Below, piece after piece: positions 19,188 through 27,154 of a DNA stretch of 32,000 nucleotides. The DNA lies in NCBI GenBank assembly GCA_964291305.2, contig OZ219783.1, forward strand, positions 2,205,460-2,237,459, read 5' to 3'. A program made the translations under genes and the position numbers. This DNA comes from Acidimicrobiales bacterium. GTDB taxonomy: Bacteria; Actinomycetota; Acidimicrobiia; Acidimicrobiales; CATQHL01. Below the pieces are notes generated by a model, which was given only the letters and a program-made list of their open reading frames with translations, ran no database searches and was not told the DNA's origin. Numbering within the stretch: the stretch's first letter is position 1; each line of letters starts with the position of its first letter.

Positions 19188-20114
19188 ATGACCCGCCAAC
19201 CGATGGTGGCCGTCGAACCGGACTGCTGGCGCCGGTCAGCGCTTGCCGCAGCCGTTAGGGCCGGGGGCGGCACAGTGGTGCCAGCCAGCGAGGCGGAGGC
19301 GCTGATCTGGGCCGACCCCCAGAACCCCAAACTGCTGGGACCGGTGCTGGAGGCCGCACCGCAACTGCGCTGGATTCAACTCCCTTACGCGGGCATCGAG
19401 CCTTATCAAGGGTTGCTGGACAACGAACGCCGCTGGACCTGCGGCAAGGGTGTTTACGCCGAGCCGGTGGCGGAGTTGGCGCTGGGCATGCTGCTGGCTG
19501 GGATGCGCGGCCTTGCTACCTACTTGCCGGCCCGCCGCTGGTTAGGTCCCGAGGGTCGCAACCTGCGCGGCTCTGCGGTCACGATCCTCGGCGGCGGGGG
19601 CATCACCGCTGAGTTGTTGAAACTGCTAGAGCCATTCGACTGCAAGGTCACGGTTCTGCGCCGGCACCCCGCACAATATGTGGGCTCGCCGGGAGTAAAC
19701 GTCGTCGGCCCGACTGCTCTGGCGGATTCGCTCGCCAGTGCGGACGCGGTAGTGGTGGCACTGGCGCTAACCGCCGAGACCCGTGGCATTATCGATGCCG
19801 CAGCTTTAGCGACCATGCCCCAGCACTGCTGGCTAGTAAACGTGGCCCGCGGTGAACACGTCGTGACCGACGATCTCGTGGCCGCGCTGGCGGCAGGGGA
19901 GATCTCCGGGGCTGCCCTGGATGTCACCGATCCGGAACCTCTGCCCGAAGGCCATCAGCTTTGGGAACTGCCAAACTGCATCATCACCCCACATGTGGGC
20001 AACACCCCTGAGATGGGACTCGAACTTTTGAACCGTCGGGTGACCGAGAACGTCCGCCGCTTCGCTTCAGACCAGCCACTTCTGGGACCGGTGCACCCCG
20101 CCCTCGGCTACTAG
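19188..20114 (+). CDS. D-isomer-specific 2-hydroxyacid dehydrogenase family protein
   Basis: NAD-binding ILGGGGITAELLKLL, then NVARGEHV..D.L..AL..GEISGAALDVTDPEPLP...LW..PN..ITPHVG. The ATG at 19188 is preceded by AGGAG. The track ORF from 18984 overlaps the divergent ligase gene. Confidence 0.85.
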   Translation: MTRQPMVAVEPDCWRRSALAAAVRAGGGTVVPASEAEALIWADPQNPKLLGPVLEAAPQLRWIQLPYAGIEPYQGLLDNERRWTCGKGVYAEPVAELALGMLLAGMRGLATYLPARRWLGPEGRNLRGSAVTILGGGGITAELLKLLEPFDCKVTVLRRHPAQYVGSPGVNVVGPTALADSLASADAVVVALALTAETRGIIDAAALATMPQHCWLVNVARGEHVVTDDLVAALAAGEISGAALDVTDPEPLPEGHQLWELPNCIITPHVGNTPEMGLELLNRRVTENVRRFASDQPLLGPVHPALGY

Positions 20115-20135
20115 GCCAACCTCCAAGCCTCGTGG

Positions 20136-20155
20136 GACCGACTCAGGGCTCGGTC
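20136..20155. terminator. weak hairpin in the convergent gap between the dehydrogenase and the binding-protein gene
   Basis: GACCGA-ctcagggc-TCGGTC (6-bp stem), followed by GGGTTT on the plus strand. It overlaps the stop codon of the minus-strand gene. Confidence 0.15.
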
Positions 20156-21507
20156 GGGTTTCGCAACTCCACCAGGCGGCTAGCACCGCCGTCGTGGCGG
20201 ATAACCCGCAACGTCCGCCCGCCGACGATGTGCCGTGAGGGATCGAAGGAAGCTGAGTCATTCCACAACTCAACTTCCTGGAATTGTTCGATGTCGGCCG
20301 CCAGCACCTCGGGGGCCAGGCTTTCCGTGCGCAGGACGGAACGAATGAAGATCCAAAGAGCCTCCGCACCGGTGACGCCCCAGCCGACACGATCCTCCAC
20401 CTCGGCCAAACCGCCGGGACCGTTGACCTGGCCACTGCTCTCTCGTTCTCGCCGCAGGTCGCCAGTGATGATCGAGGCGAAGTAGGCGTTCACCTGCGCG
20501 CTGGGATCGTCCCCAAAGGTGGAGGCCTCGGTGATAACCACCAGCGGCTCGACCCCAAAGACGCCGCGCTGCCAGGCGACTCCGTCAAGCGCTGCCGGCG
20601 CTAAGACCTGCGACTCCACGCCCGCCGAGCGGAGCAACTCAAACATTTGAATGCCACGTCCGGCGATAGCGGCACAGATGACCACCGCTGGGAAGCGAGA
20701 GGCTGGCGCCAGCGCGGCGGCAGTAGCCCGCGCTCCCAGAACTGCCTGGTCGGCGATCCACTGTCTGTCGAACGCCAGAGAGAACCCCACCGAACCACCG
20801 AGTTCGGCGAAACGTTGGTAGAAGCTGTCACACATCTGGCTGGCCTCGGCCCGGTCGCGCTCGATCAGGGCGGCCACCGACGCAATGCCCGCGTCGAAAG
20901 CGTAATCGGCAAGCGCCCGGCCGTAGGCAGCCGCGGGGGTACCCGCTGAAAACACCAGGGCTTGCCCCGCGGCCTCAGTCGGTGGAGGCTCGGGCCCACA
21001 CGGCACAATCACCAGCACTGCTGCCTCGTGAGCTGCTTCGCGGACCGGGCGGTTGAAGTACGGGTCGCAGGAGGTGAAGAGCACAGAGACTCCCTGCTCC
21101 AAGAGCTGCCTTGCGGCTTCATAAGCCGTGTTGAGTTCGGAGTCGGAGTCTTCGAACAACAACTCCAGCGGCCTTCCCAGCAGGCCCCCCGAGGCGTTGA
21201 CCTGCTGCACCGCGTAGCCCAGGGCGTCGAGCACCGGGCCGTCGTGGCCTGCCAGGCGGCCACCGGTGGCCATAATCACGCCGATTTTCACCGGTTCTGG
21301 CTCGGTATTGCTGGCTGATTGGCTCCTTGCAGGAGCGAGTAGCGATGAAGCTGTATCACCAGGACTCGTGGAGTCGGCCACGGTTACAGCTGTTTCGGCC
21401 TCCGGCACCCTGTTCCCACCCGAAGCGGGTTCGGCCGGCTGGTCGGAGCAAGCAGCGGCCACTAGCACCGCCGTCAGGACTACTAAGACCCCTAAGCGTC
21501 CGCGCAC
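20143..21507 (-). CDS. type 1 periplasmic-binding-protein fold lipoprotein (Leu/Ile/Val-binding-like ABC substrate-binding protein), orphan
   Basis: The signal peptide ends with the lipobox-like LVAAAC. A Ser/Pro/Ala-rich linker of about 60 aa follows. VKIGVIMATGG...AVQQVNASGGLLGRPLELLFEDSDSE...AARQLLEQGVSVLF is the typical LivJ-like N-lobe. GTG start 25 nt after the hpnH stop. Confidence 0.72.
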   Translation of the reverse strand: MRGRLGVLVVLTAVLVAAACSDQPAEPASGGNRVPEAETAVTVADSTSPGDTASSLLAPARSQSASNTEPEPVKIGVIMATGGRLAGHDGPVLDALGYAVQQVNASGGLLGRPLELLFEDSDSELNTAYEAARQLLEQGVSVLFTSCDPYFNRPVREAAHEAAVLVIVPCGPEPPPTEAAGQALVFSAGTPAAAYGRALADYAFDAGIASVAALIERDRAEASQMCDSFYQRFAELGGSVGFSLAFDRQWIADQAVLGARATAAALAPASRFPAVVICAAIAGRGIQMFELLRSAGVESQVLAPAALDGVAWQRGVFGVEPLVVITEASTFGDDPSAQVNAYFASIITGDLRRERESSGQVNGPGGLAEVEDRVGWGVTGAEALWIFIRSVLRTESLAPEVLAADIEQFQEVELWNDSASFDPSRHIVGGRTLRVIRHDGGASRLVELRNPTEP

Positions 21508-21532
21508 GCTACTTAGCTGTCGCGTTGGGGCC

Positions 21533-22537
21533 TCAGCTCCCCACTAGAGCGCGCAGCGACTGGCGCAGCGACCCGGCGGTGGCAACCACAGCCGAAGGCT
21601 CGTAGCCGCAGTGCGCCATACAGCTAGAGCAGCGCTCGTCGCGGCCGCGGCCGTAACGATCCCAGTCGGTCGTCTCGATCAACTCTTGGTACGTCTCGGC
21701 GTATCCGTCGGCCATGAGATAGCAGGGGCGCTGCCAACCGAAGACCGAATAGCTAGGAATCCCCCACGGGGTGCACTGGAAGTCCACCTTGCCTTCGAGA
21801 AAGTCCAGGAAAAGCGGCGAGTGGTTGAGGCGCCATTTCTTGCGGCGACCGTCGGCGAAGGCCTCGCGGAAGAGGCGATTAGTCTCGGCCACCTGCAGGA
21901 AGTGCTCTTGATCTGGGGCCTTCTCGTAGGCGTAGCCCGGTGAGACCATGAGCGAGTCCACGCCCAGATCGTCGTTCAGGAAGTCCAGCACCCCGCGCAC
22001 CGATTCGGGGGTGTCGGAGTTGAAGAAGGTGCTGTTGGTGGTGACCCGAAAGCCGCGCCTCTTGGCCTCTCTGATCGCCTCGACTACCACGTCGAACACG
22101 CCTTCCCGAGCTACGGCAATGTCGTGGCGCTCTCGCAGACCATCCACATGCACGGCCCAGGAGAAGTAGGGCGAGGGCTTGAAGTTGTCCATCTTGCGTT
22201 GCAGCAGCACGCCGTTGGTGCAGAGATATACGAACCGCTTACGCTGGATGAGAGCCTCGGTGATCTCGGCGATCTGCGGGTGGAGCAATGGCTCGCCACC
22301 AGCGATGGAAACCATCGGCGCGCCGCATTCCTCCATTGCGCCGACGCATTCCTCCACGCTGAGGCGCTTGCGCAAGACCTCGGTGGGGTGCTGGATTTTG
22401 CCGCAGCCGGGACACTCCAGGTTGCAGGCAAACAGCGGCTCCATCTCCACGATAAGCGGGTACTTCTGACGGCCCCGGAGCTTGTTAGCCACCATGTAGG
22501 CGCCAACCCGGGCGGCCTGTCGCAGCGGGATGGCCAT
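21533..22537 (-). CDS. hpnH: hopanoid biosynthesis radical SAM protein HpnH (adenosylhopane synthase)
   Basis: MAIPLRQAARVGAYMVANKLRGRQKYPLIVEMEPLFACNLECPGCGKI carries the CxxxCxxC radical-SAM motif in an HpnH-typical N-terminus. 334 aa. GGAGG lies 8 nt upstream of the ATG. Confidence 0.88.
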   Translation of the reverse strand: MAIPLRQAARVGAYMVANKLRGRQKYPLIVEMEPLFACNLECPGCGKIQHPTEVLRKRLSVEECVGAMEECGAPMVSIAGGEPLLHPQIAEITEALIQRKRFVYLCTNGVLLQRKMDNFKPSPYFSWAVHVDGLRERHDIAVAREGVFDVVVEAIREAKRRGFRVTTNSTFFNSDTPESVRGVLDFLNDDLGVDSLMVSPGYAYEKAPDQEHFLQVAETNRLFREAFADGRRKKWRLNHSPLFLDFLEGKVDFQCTPWGIPSYSVFGWQRPCYLMADGYAETYQELIETTDWDRYGRGRDERCSSCMAHCGYEPSAVVATAGSLRQSLRALVGS

Positions 22538-22788
22538 CAGGAACTACCTCCAGGGGCTGCTCTCACCAGCCCTCGACAACTGTCACGATTCGGTGCCTAG
22601 CTCGCACGATAGCCACGCGAGGAGCGCGTTCACTCAGCGGACGGCCAACTGTGTCACACCCTCGCGGGATACTGGTTTCGGCAACAGATCTCCCAACCGG
22701 GCCGTCAACGATAACCGCAGAACCCGAACAGCTGCCCTAGGGGGTGCATCTAGCTGCCGACCTACCCCTAACCAACCAAGGAGGCACC

Positions 22789-23115
22789 ATGGCCGATCAA
22801 CACGAAATGCAAGAACTGGCCCAAGCAAAACAAGACCTTACGAACGAAGAGCGCATACAGTTCGATCTCCAATTCGCCGCGTCTCGGAAAAACCCGACCT
22901 ACGCGCTCATTTTCGGCATCTTCTGGGGCTTACTCGGCGTCGATCGGTTCTACATCGGCGACACCGGGCTCGGATTCGCCAAACTCTTTACGCTCGGCGG
23001 AGTAGTCATCTGGGCATTCATCGACCTTTTCCTGATCCAGCGAGCCGCGCGAGCCAAGAACTCAGAGACGATCCAACAGATCCGTGAGTCAATCCTGATG
23101 ATGCGACCTGCCTGA
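22789..23115 (+). CDS. TM2 domain-containing membrane protein
   Basis: 108 aa. KNPTYALIFGIFWGLLGVDRFYIGDTGLGFAKLFTLGGVVIWAFIDLFLI matches the TM2 domain pattern (two helices, DRF motif). AAGGAGG lies 4 nt upstream of the ATG. The local GC is clearly lower than the flanks. Confidence 0.8.
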   Translation: MADQHEMQELAQAKQDLTNEERIQFDLQFAASRKNPTYALIFGIFWGLLGVDRFYIGDTGLGFAKLFTLGGVVIWAFIDLFLIQRAARAKNSETIQQIRESILMMRPA

Positions 23116-23199
23116 CCCCGACGGAACCCCGCCCTTGGTTATTCCCCGGAATGTCAAATCGCTATGCTCAAACGAGCCATCGAAGAAGGAGAGGTAGGG

Positions 23200-23442
23200 A
23201 TGCGCGAACGAGCGATGCTCGTATCGATTAGGCACGGAGACGAATCCCTGATGGCTGAGATCTCCAAAATGATGACAGTGCTCTTTCAGGAGCTAGTCCC
23301 AGTAGAGCCCAGCAACCCCGCTGATCTGATCCGAGGAGCTTGGTTCGATGTCGGCAGGCACCTGCGGCATGCGATGAGTGAATATCCCATAGAACAAGCT
23401 ATCGAGGATGCTAGAAGGGCGCCTGCACTGCCTAGAGCATGA
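23200..23442 (+). CDS. hypothetical 80-aa protein with no recognisable motif
   Basis: The ORF is open from 23164. The ATG at 23200 is preceded by AAGGAGAGG 5 nt upstream. It is on the same strand and in the same low-GC tract as the TM2 gene. Coding status rests only on the ORF, the SD and context. Confidence 0.45.
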   Translation: MRERAMLVSIRHGDESLMAEISKMMTVLFQELVPVEPSNPADLIRGAWFDVGRHLRHAMSEYPIEQAIEDARRAPALPRA

Positions 23443-23530
23443 CTGAGCCATCGGCCCCGCGGTTCGAAGGCGACGCGCAACCGGAGGGTGAATCTTCAAT
23501 CGAGGAAATCGACTAGCCGCGTACGCCTTT

Positions 23531-24145
23531 CTAGCCTTCTAACCTGGCTGTTTGGCTACGCAAGTTTCCTATTTGGTCTTCGGGCTCGCGGCCTTGGAGC
23601 GTCGCGGCTATCTGGGAGATGATTGTGATGGCGCGACACGCTCGCCGCGGTAGCGAGAACGAGACGAGTTCAGCGGTTGGCGTGTCGCAAACCACTCTGA
23701 CCACGGCCAAAGGTGGCGGATCGGCCGCCAGCAACCACCACGACTCCATATCGGCGATTAGCGATCCGTCGGCGGCGAGACGGCTGCGACCCGGCCCGCG
23801 CACCGCTCGGGCTACCGAGGTAACCCCACCGCGCCGAGCGCCGATGCCCGCCTGCCCCAGCGCCACCCTTATGGTCTCCGCCTCCGGACCCCAAGCGGAG
23901 CGATCAGACCCGGGCCCGCGCACAGTGTCGGCCACGATCACGTCCCCCGGCACGAGCGAACTTTCTACAGCCCCCGCTAGACCCAACACGACAGCGCCAG
24001 GACGGTCACCTTCGGACAGCTGCCGGTCCGCGAACGCGGCGGCGCGGCGAGGCCCGCAACCGGTTCTCAGTACCGTCGCGCCAGAAGCGCCGCGCCGCGC
24101 TGCAGCCGCCTCGAGGCGCAGCGGGCACCAAAACTCCAGACTCAC
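23531..24145 (-). CDS. hpnG: hopanoid-associated phosphorylase/nucleosidase HpnG (PNP_UDP_1 family)
   Basis: 204 aa. VVLGLAGAVESSLVPGDVIVAD and IADMESWW...VVRVVCDTP fit nucleoside-phosphorylase family motifs. The GTG start overlaps the shc stop (GTGA), as expected for hpnG after shc. Confidence 0.72.
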   Translation of the reverse strand: MSLEFWCPLRLEAAAARRGASGATVLRTGCGPRRAAAFADRQLSEGDRPGAVVLGLAGAVESSLVPGDVIVADTVRGPGSDRSAWGPEAETIRVALGQAGIGARRGGVTSVARAVRGPGRSRLAADGSLIADMESWWLLAADPPPLAVVRVVCDTPTAELVSFSLPRRACRAITIISQIAATLQGREPEDQIGNLRSQTARLEG

Positions 24146-26103
24146 CTAGGTGACGCCTCCCCGACGGTGGCCCGCAGGAAGCGGCCCAGCGCCATGGTCG
24201 GAAAGACCTGCCGGTAAAGGTGGTAGTTGATGTAGAAGTAGCCCTGGAACCCCGTTCCGGTGTACTGAGGCTCGTCCCAAGTGCCGTCGGGCTGGCAGGT
24301 TCGGGCCAGCCACGCCACCCCGCGGCGGGTCGGCTCGCCGAACTCGTCGGCGGCCATAAGCGCCAGCAGAGCCCAGGCGGTCTGAGACGCCGTCGGGTCG
24401 CCGCGGCCTCGCCAACTGTCGGATTCGTATGACCGCAGATCCTCGCCCCAGCCTCCTTCGGGACCCTGAGTAGCGTGCAGCCAGCGCACGGCGCGGCGGA
24501 TGCGTCGATCGCTGGGCGGCACCCCGACAGCGCGCAGCGCCGGCAGCACCGCACCCAGGCCGTAGAGGTGGTTCACACCCCAGCGCCCAAACCAGGATCC
24601 ATCTTGCTCCTGGTCGAGCCAAAGCCAGTCCACCGCGCGCCGCAGACGCCTGGCGTCAGTGGGAATGTCAGTGTGTGCCCGCACCCAGCAGAGCATCTCC
24701 ACCACGTGCGCGGTGACATCAGCGCTTGGCGGATCGATGACCTCGCCGAAGTCGCAGAAAGGCAACTGCTCACACAGGTGCCGCACGTTGTCGGCGTCGA
24801 AGGCGGCATAGCCCCCGTCGCTGCTCTGCATGCCCTCGGCCCAGGCAACAGCACGGGCGATCGCTGCGTTCGCCCGCTCGGAATCGGTGGCCTGGGCGTG
24901 GCCCAGCGCCAGCACCACCTCCGCAGTGTCATCCAGGTCGGGATAGTTGTCGTTGTGGAACTCGAACGCCCAGCCGCCCGGGGCCAACTCGGGGCGTCGG
25001 GCGGCCCAGTCGCCGCGTACCTGCACCTCCTCGTCTAAAAGCCAGTCCGCCGCGGCCACCATCGCCGGGTGGTCGCGGCGCAGCCCGGCGTCACCGAGGG
25101 CCACAGTTGCCAGCGCGGTGTCCCACACGGGGGACTGACAGCACTCCATCCAGCGCATATCCCCTTCGCGCACCTCGAAGCTCTCGAAGCAGGCCAGCGC
25201 CTTAGCCAGGATCGGGTGGTCCAGGGCGTAGCCCCGCAGATACAGCGCGATAATCGAATACACCCAGGGGGGTTGGATCCCGCCCCAGCAGCCATCGGCC
25301 TCCTGACGGCGGATGATCCACTGCTCGGCAAGCTTCATGGAGGTTTCCCTCAGCCTCCAAGGGGCCCGGTCGTGGAACTTGTGCAGCATCTTGTCGAAGC
25401 GCTGGAAACAGCCTGCGGCAGAAAAGATCGACCGGCGGACCTGCTCGGGCGGCACCGCGCCGGCGCGCAACTCCTCCAGGTCGAAACCCAGTTCTACCTG
25501 CGGCCGGTAAGTACCCACAATGGTGAGCGGCACGATCGTCTGGCGGGCCCAGCAAGCGAAGTCGTAGATGTTCAGCGGCACCCAGCGGGGCAGCAAGATC
25601 AACTCTGGCGCCATGGCGGGCAGATCCCGCCAAGACCACTGCCCGAACAGGGCCAGCCAGATGCGGGTGAACACCCGGGTGCTCTCCAGACCGCCTAGGT
25701 CGCGCACGAACTCCGCCGCCTTACGCATGTGGCTGGCATCGGGACTGTCGCCAGCTAGGCGCAACGCCACGTAAGCCTCCACGGCCAGCGACAAATCCGA
25801 GGGGCCGCCGTAGCGATTAGACCAACCCCCGTCGGGGGATTGCTTGGAGCGAATCCAGTTAGCAGTCAGAGCCAAGGTCTCCTCGTCGCCGATTCCCAGG
25901 AAAGCGCGCAGCATTAGATCCTCAGCCTCGATGGCCACGTTGGTCTCGAGGTCGCCCTTCCACCAGCCGGCAGAGTCCTGCAGTCCCAACAGCGCCTCGG
26001 CTGATCGACTCAACGCCTCAGCCGCCTCATGCTCTAGCTCACCCGCCCCCGCCGCCCGGGCGCGCCAGAGGTGGGGGACCAGGGAACCGCTACCGGCTGT
26101 CAT
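24142..26103 (-). CDS. shc: squalene-hopene cyclase
   Basis: 653 aa with repeated QW-type motifs (QSPDGGW, QSSDGGY, QEQDGSW, QGPEGGW, QPDGTW) and the catalytic DxDD region YPDLDDTAEV. GGAGG lies upstream of the ATG. Confidence 0.95.
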   Translation of the reverse strand: MTAGSGSLVPHLWRARAAGAGELEHEAAEALSRSAEALLGLQDSAGWWKGDLETNVAIEAEDLMLRAFLGIGDEETLALTANWIRSKQSPDGGWSNRYGGPSDLSLAVEAYVALRLAGDSPDASHMRKAAEFVRDLGGLESTRVFTRIWLALFGQWSWRDLPAMAPELILLPRWVPLNIYDFACWARQTIVPLTIVGTYRPQVELGFDLEELRAGAVPPEQVRRSIFSAAGCFQRFDKMLHKFHDRAPWRLRETSMKLAEQWIIRRQEADGCWGGIQPPWVYSIIALYLRGYALDHPILAKALACFESFEVREGDMRWMECCQSPVWDTALATVALGDAGLRRDHPAMVAAADWLLDEEVQVRGDWAARRPELAPGGWAFEFHNDNYPDLDDTAEVVLALGHAQATDSERANAAIARAVAWAEGMQSSDGGYAAFDADNVRHLCEQLPFCDFGEVIDPPSADVTAHVVEMLCWVRAHTDIPTDARRLRRAVDWLWLDQEQDGSWFGRWGVNHLYGLGAVLPALRAVGVPPSDRRIRRAVRWLHATQGPEGGWGEDLRSYESDSWRGRGDPTASQTAWALLALMAADEFGEPTRRGVAWLARTCQPDGTWDEPQYTGTGFQGYFYINYHLYRQVFPTMALGRFLRATVGEASPR

Positions 26104-26137
26104 GGCACACCTCCGTAAGTTCAGTCAACTCCCGGCC

Positions 26138-27154
26138 CTAATACTCCCGTTCAACAATGAACGCTGCCAACTCTTGCAACTCGGACGCCGCCGCAACGTC
26201 CAAGTCCACCGACGCCAACGCCGCCATGGCGTTATCCACACAGCGCCGTGCGGCAGCCCTGGTGACATCCCGGCCACCTAGCTCTTCGATGAGCTGCGCC
26301 ACCTGCGCCAACTCCTCCTCATCTAGGTGCGCTCGGCTGTAGAACTCTGCGAGTTGGCTTGCCGCAGCATGTTCAGAGTTCAAGGCCACGGTGACCGGCA
26401 GCGACCGCTTGCGCTCCCGTAGGTCGTTGCCGACTGGCTTGCCGGTGACCTCGGGGCGGCCCCAGATGCCTAACAAGTCGTCGGCAGCCTGAAAGCCGCG
26501 ACCAACTTCGTCGCCGTAGCGACGCAGCGCCTGCACCACTCCAACGGGCGCGTCAGCCAGGATGGCACCCACGGCGCTGGCGTGAGCCAACAGCGCCCCC
26601 GTCTTTAGCGAGATCATCTCCCAGCAGGCGGCAACGCTGACTTTGGGGCGTCGGTGCAGGGTCATGTCTTGTGATTGGCCTGCAATCATGGCGGCGTTGG
26701 CCCGGGACAGGTCGGCAGCTGCCGCGGCTCGGGCAGGTGTCGTCTCGCCCAGAAGCACATCGAACGCTAAAGCCATCACCGCGTCGCCGATGATGACAGC
26801 ATTGTCGGTGCCGTAGACCTTCCAGACGGTGGGCCGGTGGCGTCGCTCGGCGTCGCCATCCACGATGTCGTCGTGGATAAGGGAGTAGTTGTGAATCAAC
26901 TCCACCGCCACCGCGCCCGGGATGGCCACCTCGGGGGCTGCTCCTGCGGCCGCGGCCGACAACACGGCCAGGGTAGAGCGCACACCTTTGCCACCGGAGC
27001 CGCCCGGCAGCGGGTTGCCCTCAGCGTCGGTCCAACCAAAGTGGTAGCGCACCGCAACGGCCAGCTCGTCCGGCAGGCTGTCCACTGCCTCGAAAAGCGA
27101 TGGCCGAACTACCTCTGTGGCCCACTCCAGCGCTGCGGGGGGATTTCGACTCAT
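26138..27154 (-). CDS. polyprenyl diphosphate synthase (farnesyl/geranylgeranyl diphosphate synthase family)
   Basis: First Asp-rich motif LIHDDIVDGD...RR and second motif FQAADDLLG. The ATG overlaps the hpnE stop (ATGA). It occupies the same position as the polyprenyl synthase in Streptomyces-type hopanoid clusters. Confidence 0.88.
   Translation of the reverse strand: MSRNPPAALEWATEVVRPSLFEAVDSLPDELAVAVRYHFGWTDAEGNPLPGGSGGKGVRSTLAVLSAAAAGAAPEVAIPGAVAVELIHNYSLIHDDIVDGDAERRHRPTVWKVYGTDNAVIIGDAVMALAFDVLLGETTPARAAAAADLSRANAAMIAGQSQDMTLHRRPKVSVAACWEMISLKTGALLAHASAVGAILADAPVGVVQALRRYGDEVGRGFQAADDLLGIWGRPEVTGKPVGNDLRERKRSLPVTVALNSEHAAASQLAEFYSRAHLDEEELAQVAQLIEELGGRDVTRAAARRCVDNAMAALASVDLDVAAASELQELAAFIVEREY

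Noticed and set aside
22538-22788. Possible tRNA, riboswitch or small RNA in the largest intergenic region. This includes a TAGGGG-N21-CCCCTA hairpin (22738-22770) just upstream of the TM2 SD.
   Set aside because: I could fold no cloverleaf or recognisable riboswitch core. The hairpin has only a 6-bp stem with a 21-nt loop, which is too weak to call.
23286-23499. Two minus-strand ORFs (64 and 68 aa) antisense to the 80-aa hypothetical gene
   Set aside because: They have no SD and no motif, and they overlap each other and the better-supported plus-strand ORF. They cannot be excluded absolutely because the plus-strand gene itself is only moderately supported.
22538-23620. Direct repeats, att-like sites or an integrase/transposase flanking the low-GC TM2 islet
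   Set aside because: I compared both borders by eye and found only short CTAGC-containing words, which are common throughout the window. There is no mobility gene. The insertion mechanism is therefore unsupported.
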